In this document: piece after piece, positions 59,447 through 64,000 of the stretch
Layout of the letters: each line of letters starts with the position of its first letter
Position numbering within the stretch: the first letter of the stretch is position 1
Assembly: GCA_004431415.1 (NCBI GenBank)
Contig: QPMI01000102.1
Span: 156,644-220,643, forward strand
Origin: Cyanophora paradoxa CCMP329
Taxonomy: Eukaryota > Plantae > Glaucophyta
DNA: 64,000 nt
Direction of reading: 5' to 3'
Position numbers and translations under genes: made by a program
Notes under the pieces: generated by a model
What the model saw: only the letters and a program-made list of their open reading frames with translations
The model's database searches: none
What the model was told of the DNA's origin: nothing

Positions 59447-60071
59447 CTAGGATCCGGAAACGGTCCCAGGAAGGGCGCGTGCTCGACATCCGGTATTACG
59501 AATTCCTCGCCACGTAGACCAGGTCATCCGCGAATGGCCCCAGCGGACTCGACGCCTGTGCACATGTTCGCGTGAATTCGCGAATACCGGATCAGAAATC
59601 GAGGTAAGAAGCAAAGATCGCTTGCACCAGCGGCTCGAAGCACCGGCTAGCTGGGTCATACCGATACAGATCAAAGTGCGGAAATCGATTACGTACGCAT
59701 GACAGTTCAGGTCCATGTACGCACGGGCCCGAAGAACTCTCTGCCACGACATTCGAAAGTTTGAAATATCTATCGTGACTCGCACAGGCCTGCGCTGTTG
59801 CGATTAGGGCTGTTGCGAGCGAAGATGCAACCGGGTTGGACCTGTCATTGAAGTGACGCGTAGCGGGAAGGCCGGCAGTCACCGAGAACGCGAACCTCGA
59901 TAGAGCTGCCCTCGTTCTCGAGCCGCGGTCGCGGCGTGAATAGAGCAATCAGCGCTTCCGACTCTGCGATCTGCTCTGCTGTCGGCTGTCGGGACTCTGT
60001 CGCTGCTGACTTCGTGAAGCTTTGGAAGCGAGCTGCTTGCTGCTTGCTGCTGCTTCGTCGCCGCGCTGCAT
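59447..60071 (-). CDS. Small 3-exon gene of the uncharacterised family (possibly a pseudogene)
   Basis: PTAEQIAESEALIALFTPRPRLENEGSSIE / VRVTIDIS / LYRYDPASRCFEPL|intron|ASSPLGPFADDLVYVAR. Confidence 0.62.
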
Positions 60072-60332
60072 GTTCGAAATCCGCAGGAATGCGCAGGCGC
60101 ACCGTGATCTACTGCGCGCAGCATGCGCAGGCATGAAATCATGAGCGCCAGACTCGATCTACTCAATCTGCTGGGTGCCGCTTTTGGAGCCTTGCTGGTG
60201 CAGTGGTCGGACGGGTACCCCCGGCAAAGTAGTTCCCCCGGCAAAGTCGCCGGGCAAAGTCGCCGGGACACTTGGAGCGAAGACGCGAGGAAAGCTCCAG
60301 TACGCAAATTTAGAGTATGCAAACCGCCCGAA

Positions 60333-60510
60333 CCGTGGAATCAACCATTTGAACGCACTGCCGCATACGCAGGTCAAAACTCGTCCGGAGCGCCCTGCAG
60401 CGGAGCACCTCGGGTTTAAAGCTCCGGTTCTCACAAGTAGAGGTAGGCAAACTGCAGATCCGTGGAATCAACCATTTGAACGCAGCGCGCACACGCAGGT
60501 CGAAACCTCG
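60333..60510. repeat. ~50-bp direct repeat, spacing 127 bp
   Basis: CCGTGGAATCAACCATTTGAACGCA..CGCA.ACGCAGGTC.AAAC at 60333 and 60460. Confidence 0.8.
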
Positions 60511-61834
60511 GCCGAAACCTCTTGCAACTCGAGCTCAAGCGGGTACTTGGGAGAACGAGAAGCTCCCGCAGTAATGCACACGCAAAGGCTGTTCACTCGA
60601 GCCACGCACTTGCAGATGTGCGCCCGTGCCTGTGCTGTGTGAATGCACGTGGACTTGCAGCTGAGTGTGCAACAGGTTGAGAACACGTTCAGAGCCTCCT
60701 TTTGGATTCGAAGAACACTCCGCTCTTCATTCGTCGAAGTGGCTTTTCGGTTCGCCGAAGGAGCAGGGAATATCGTTCCTTGGAATCGCGTCACCCAATT
60801 CCGGATATGCATTGACAGTACCTTCCTCGCATCGGACAACCACAGAGCAACTTTGGTGCCTCTGTTGATCCAGCATCGTCTACTGCGGGGTGGAGTAACA
60901 GCACGGAGCACGTCGAAAGGATTCGTAAACTCTTGATATCCAGTGGCCGTCACTTCGGGCGATCGAAATCGACGACCTAGCCACCGCAGCGAAGCTGGAC
61001 GAACCTTGCAGAAAGACAGAAGACAAAAAGGTCTCAATCCGGAATCCAGGATCTTTCTACGGAATTTTTGCGTAAGGCGTTCGAGAAACCTGAGGATTTC
61101 AGATTCTTCGGACTGGCTGGGACAGCGCGAAGTGGACGAGACGAGGCTGGCCTTCGCTTTTCGGGAATTGGAAACAGGCATCGGGATTATCAAAGTCATT
61201 TTAAAAAGGTGGGGTTGAAGCTGACTTCTGCAAAGTTTTCGCTATCATTCTATCGCTCTCGCAAACTCGCTATCGTTTAGTATCGGAGACGAGCAGGAGG
61301 TTTGTCCTCGACGTCTGTGATAAAGAGGTGAGCTTGCTTTACTTCTGCTTTTCAACCCGGCTGTTCTGCTGTTAATTATAATCGCAGATGCACGTGTTGC
61401 TCTGGAGCTGAGCAAGTCTGAATGCGTCGACGGTGGAAAAGATGCATCCGTCCGACACTGACACTTCGATGCAAAAGAAAAGGATGCTTCGAACAAACTT
61501 TCCTCCCATTTCATTCGTCCCAGCGCAAGGTGCTCAAATCTCCAGTCGGAATGGTCTTCAACCTATGGAGGCTGTCACAAACAACTGTGACACGATGAAA
61601 GACAGTCTATCTATCCTCGATAAGTTGAATTCCGGCTCGCAGGTACCGGTTCTCAGAATGCCAACTTCGGGATCCGGAGGAGATTCGATGCTTGCGCAGC
61701 AGGTGAATCACTTCAGGATGATAACGCCTTACTTCGACAAGCGAAAGAGCGCGTCGACGGTAAATGCCTTTTTTGCGTTCAGCTATAACTGCTTTCAGTT
61801 AATTAGTATCCGCGCGTAATCCCCGCTGCAGCCC

Positions 61835-62480
61835 CGACTGCAGCGGCTGCAAGGAAAACGCTTTCCTGGTCGCCCAGCTGCAGCGCTGCAAGGTCGAATC
61901 GCTCAGGGGCGCCTTCGTTCATTCTTCTTTTGAAACGTCTGCAGCCTCCAGAATGAGAATGCTTCCCTGCTCGCCCAGCTGCAACGGCTGCAAGTCGAAT
62001 CGCTCAGGGGCGCCTTCGTTCATTCTTCTTTGAAACGTCTGCAGGCGTCCAGCATGAAAATGCTTCCTGCTCGCCCAGCTGCAACGGCTGCAAGGTCAAA
62101 TCGCTCAGGGCGCTTCGTTCATTCTCTTTTGAAACGTCTGCAGGCGTCCAGAATGAGAATGCTTCCTGCTCGCCAGCTGCAACGGCTGCAAGGTCAAATC
62201 GCTCAGGGCCCTTCTTCATTCTTCGTTCGAAACGTCTGCAGGCATCCGAATGAGAATGCTTCCTGCTCGCCCAACGCAGCGGCTGCAAGGTCGAATCGCT
62301 CAGGGGCGCCTTCTTCCAGTCTCTCTTGAAACGTCTGCAGCGTCCAGAATGAGAATGCTTCCTGTGCCCAACTGCAGTGCTGAAAGGTCAAATTGCTCGG
62401 GGCGCCTTCTTTCATTCTTCGTTGAAACGTCTGCAGGCATCCAGAATGAGAATGCTTCCCTGGTCGCCCAGCTGCAGCGA
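61835..62480. repeat. ~99-bp tandem repeat, about 6.5 copies, likely encoding a 33-aa repeat on the - strand
   Basis: AAACGTCTGCAG at ~61933, 62033, 62132, 62230, 62329 and 62425. The - strand translation gives GEQEAFSFWTPADVSKKNEEGAPERFDLAAVAA-like units. Confidence 0.9.
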
Positions 62481-63195
62481 CCAATGTGTTTTTTAGACTG
62501 CTTTTCGATTTAGTCTCGATTGACCGTTTCCCGTGCGCTGTAGCTGTGAATGCAGCTCCCCAAGCGAACTGCAGCGCTGACCGTTTCCACTTCGCCGTTT
62601 CTCGGAATTGGGATTCTGAGTGACTGATAATGACTGCAGCTATGATGCGGTCTCCAATCTCAGAAGAAAGCTCTTCGTGGTACGCTATCTCACTCCTTCG
62701 CGGTACATTCAATTCCGGCCTTGAGTATGGTATCTTAGATGAAGTCACGACGCTTCGTGTACGGCGTTTTCCTCCCCGATGATTTATGAACGTCGCGGTA
62801 CATTTATGTTTACACCTCGTTCGCGATTCTTGTAAATGTCAGCTGAAATTGCGACACTGCGAGTATGGCGGTTCCCCTCGGATGCATTTTTATTTACTCC
62901 GATGCTGATATTGTGATCAGCAAAAATCGACGACCTGGAGATGCTGAATCCAGCGCCTGTTCGAAGCGTGCTCAATATTAGACGTGTGATCTCGTTTAAA
63001 TCACAATTGAATTTCAGTATTGCACTGAACCTGCTGTTCAAATACGATTTAATCGGGAAGCTTCCACACAGTGCATACTCAGGCCACGGTCATAGAGAAG
63101 GAGGGGGGGGAAGAGAAGGGGGGAGTGCCGAACTTACCGCGGCCGCAAAAAAAGCCGGCTTGGCGTGCAGTGCTGCCACAACTCGAAGCTGCTGG

Positions 63196-63817
63196 ATGGC
63201 GAAAGTGAAAGAGAGAGCGCGTATGTCTACAGCGGAAAGCTCCTCGAAAGAACCTCGCACAGCGGCCGCGGCCGCGACAGCGGAGCAGGTCGCGAGTCGG
63301 AAGCACTGAATGCTCTTTACGCGCCACGACCGCGGCCCGAGAACGAAGGCAGCTTGTTGACGTACACATTCTCGGCGACTGCCGGCCTGCCCCGCTACGC
63401 GTCACTGCAATGACAGGTGCAAATGTACACCGATTCACCGTTGCTCTGCCAGGTGCCGTGAACTCAACAGCGCATGCGCAGGGCCTGTGCGAGTCACGAT
63501 CGTGCTTCGGACTCGAATGCGTGAAGAGCGAGCTACTGGACCTGGCGTTCGAGGAGCTGCACTGCAGTACGCATGTGCACTCGAGAGCTGGTGCTGTATC
63601 GATCTCGGTACGACCAAGCAGGCTGGTACTTCGAGCTTCCGGTGCAAGCGATTGTTGCGTCTTACGGTGATTTCTGATGCGGATCTCGCGAATTCACGGT
63701 GCGCGTGCACAGGCGTCGAGTCCGGGGCCATCCCCGGGAGATCTGTATTACGTCGCGAGGAGGGATATCATCCCGGAAGTCGAGCATGTACCTTTCCTGG
63801 CGATCAATCAGGAATAG
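63196..63817 (+). CDS. Small 3-exon gene of the uncharacterised family (inverted copy)
   Basis: MAKVKERARM..TAEQVA-ESEALNALYAPRPRPENEGS / GPVRVTIV..SELLDLAFEEL..YDQAGWYFELP|GTGCAAG...GTGCACAG|ASSPGPSPGDLYYVARRDIIPEVEHVPFLAINQE*. Confidence 0.65.
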
Positions 63818-64000
63818 TTGCAAGTGCCGGCATCCCTTCCCTAGTCCGGATTTCGTAGCCAAAAATACGCGGATGTATTATACGTATTACGCGGCGGCAC
63901 GGATACAACAGGAGCGCCTAATTGCCAGCGCTGTAGTGCAACACGAGCGCCTCAAATTCTCTCCTACGGCGCTCTATGTAGTCTCCATCTAAATCTAGAT

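Noticed and set aside
61835-62480. CRISPR-like array
   Set aside because: Whole units are homologous with no unique spacers, there are no cas genes, and the context is eukaryotic.

Overview
GC-rich, intron-dense eukaryotic nuclear DNA. It looks like an alga with a primary plastid, possibly a glaucophyte; this is inferred from short GT/GC-AG introns and an AF...FFG transit peptide. Layout: (1) 1-~8000 is a large retroelement fragment with a Gag-like double CCHC-knuckle polyprotein on the - strand, 97-bp structured leader repeats, and a convergent + strand ORF cut by the window edge. (2) ~8.1-35.5 kb holds spliced host genes, all on the - strand: a secreted protein, a plastid ABC1-family kinase, a CotA/bilirubin-oxidase/LPR1-type multicopper oxidase, an unknown gene, and a polycystin-2-like channel that may carry a very long C-tail. 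(3) 35.8-38.2 kb is an intergenic nest with a TA-flanked MITE and a phased bZIP-site array. (4) ~38.5-50.6 kb is a giant Ty3/Gypsy element, probably one ~3,100-aa polyprotein: ~1,200 aa of unknown sequence, then PR, RT, RNase H, a ~480-aa insert and integrase. It has no recognisable Gag and no paired LTRs, and is followed by a perfect 33-bp hairpin and 140-bp repeats. (5) 50.6-64 kb is a mosaic duplicated array with seven copies of an uncharacterised small intron-containing domain, a repeated promoter/5'UTR cassette joined to different coding sequences, and a 99-bp tandem repeat. Many frameshifts are single-base losses, often in homopolymers, and may be assembly errors.
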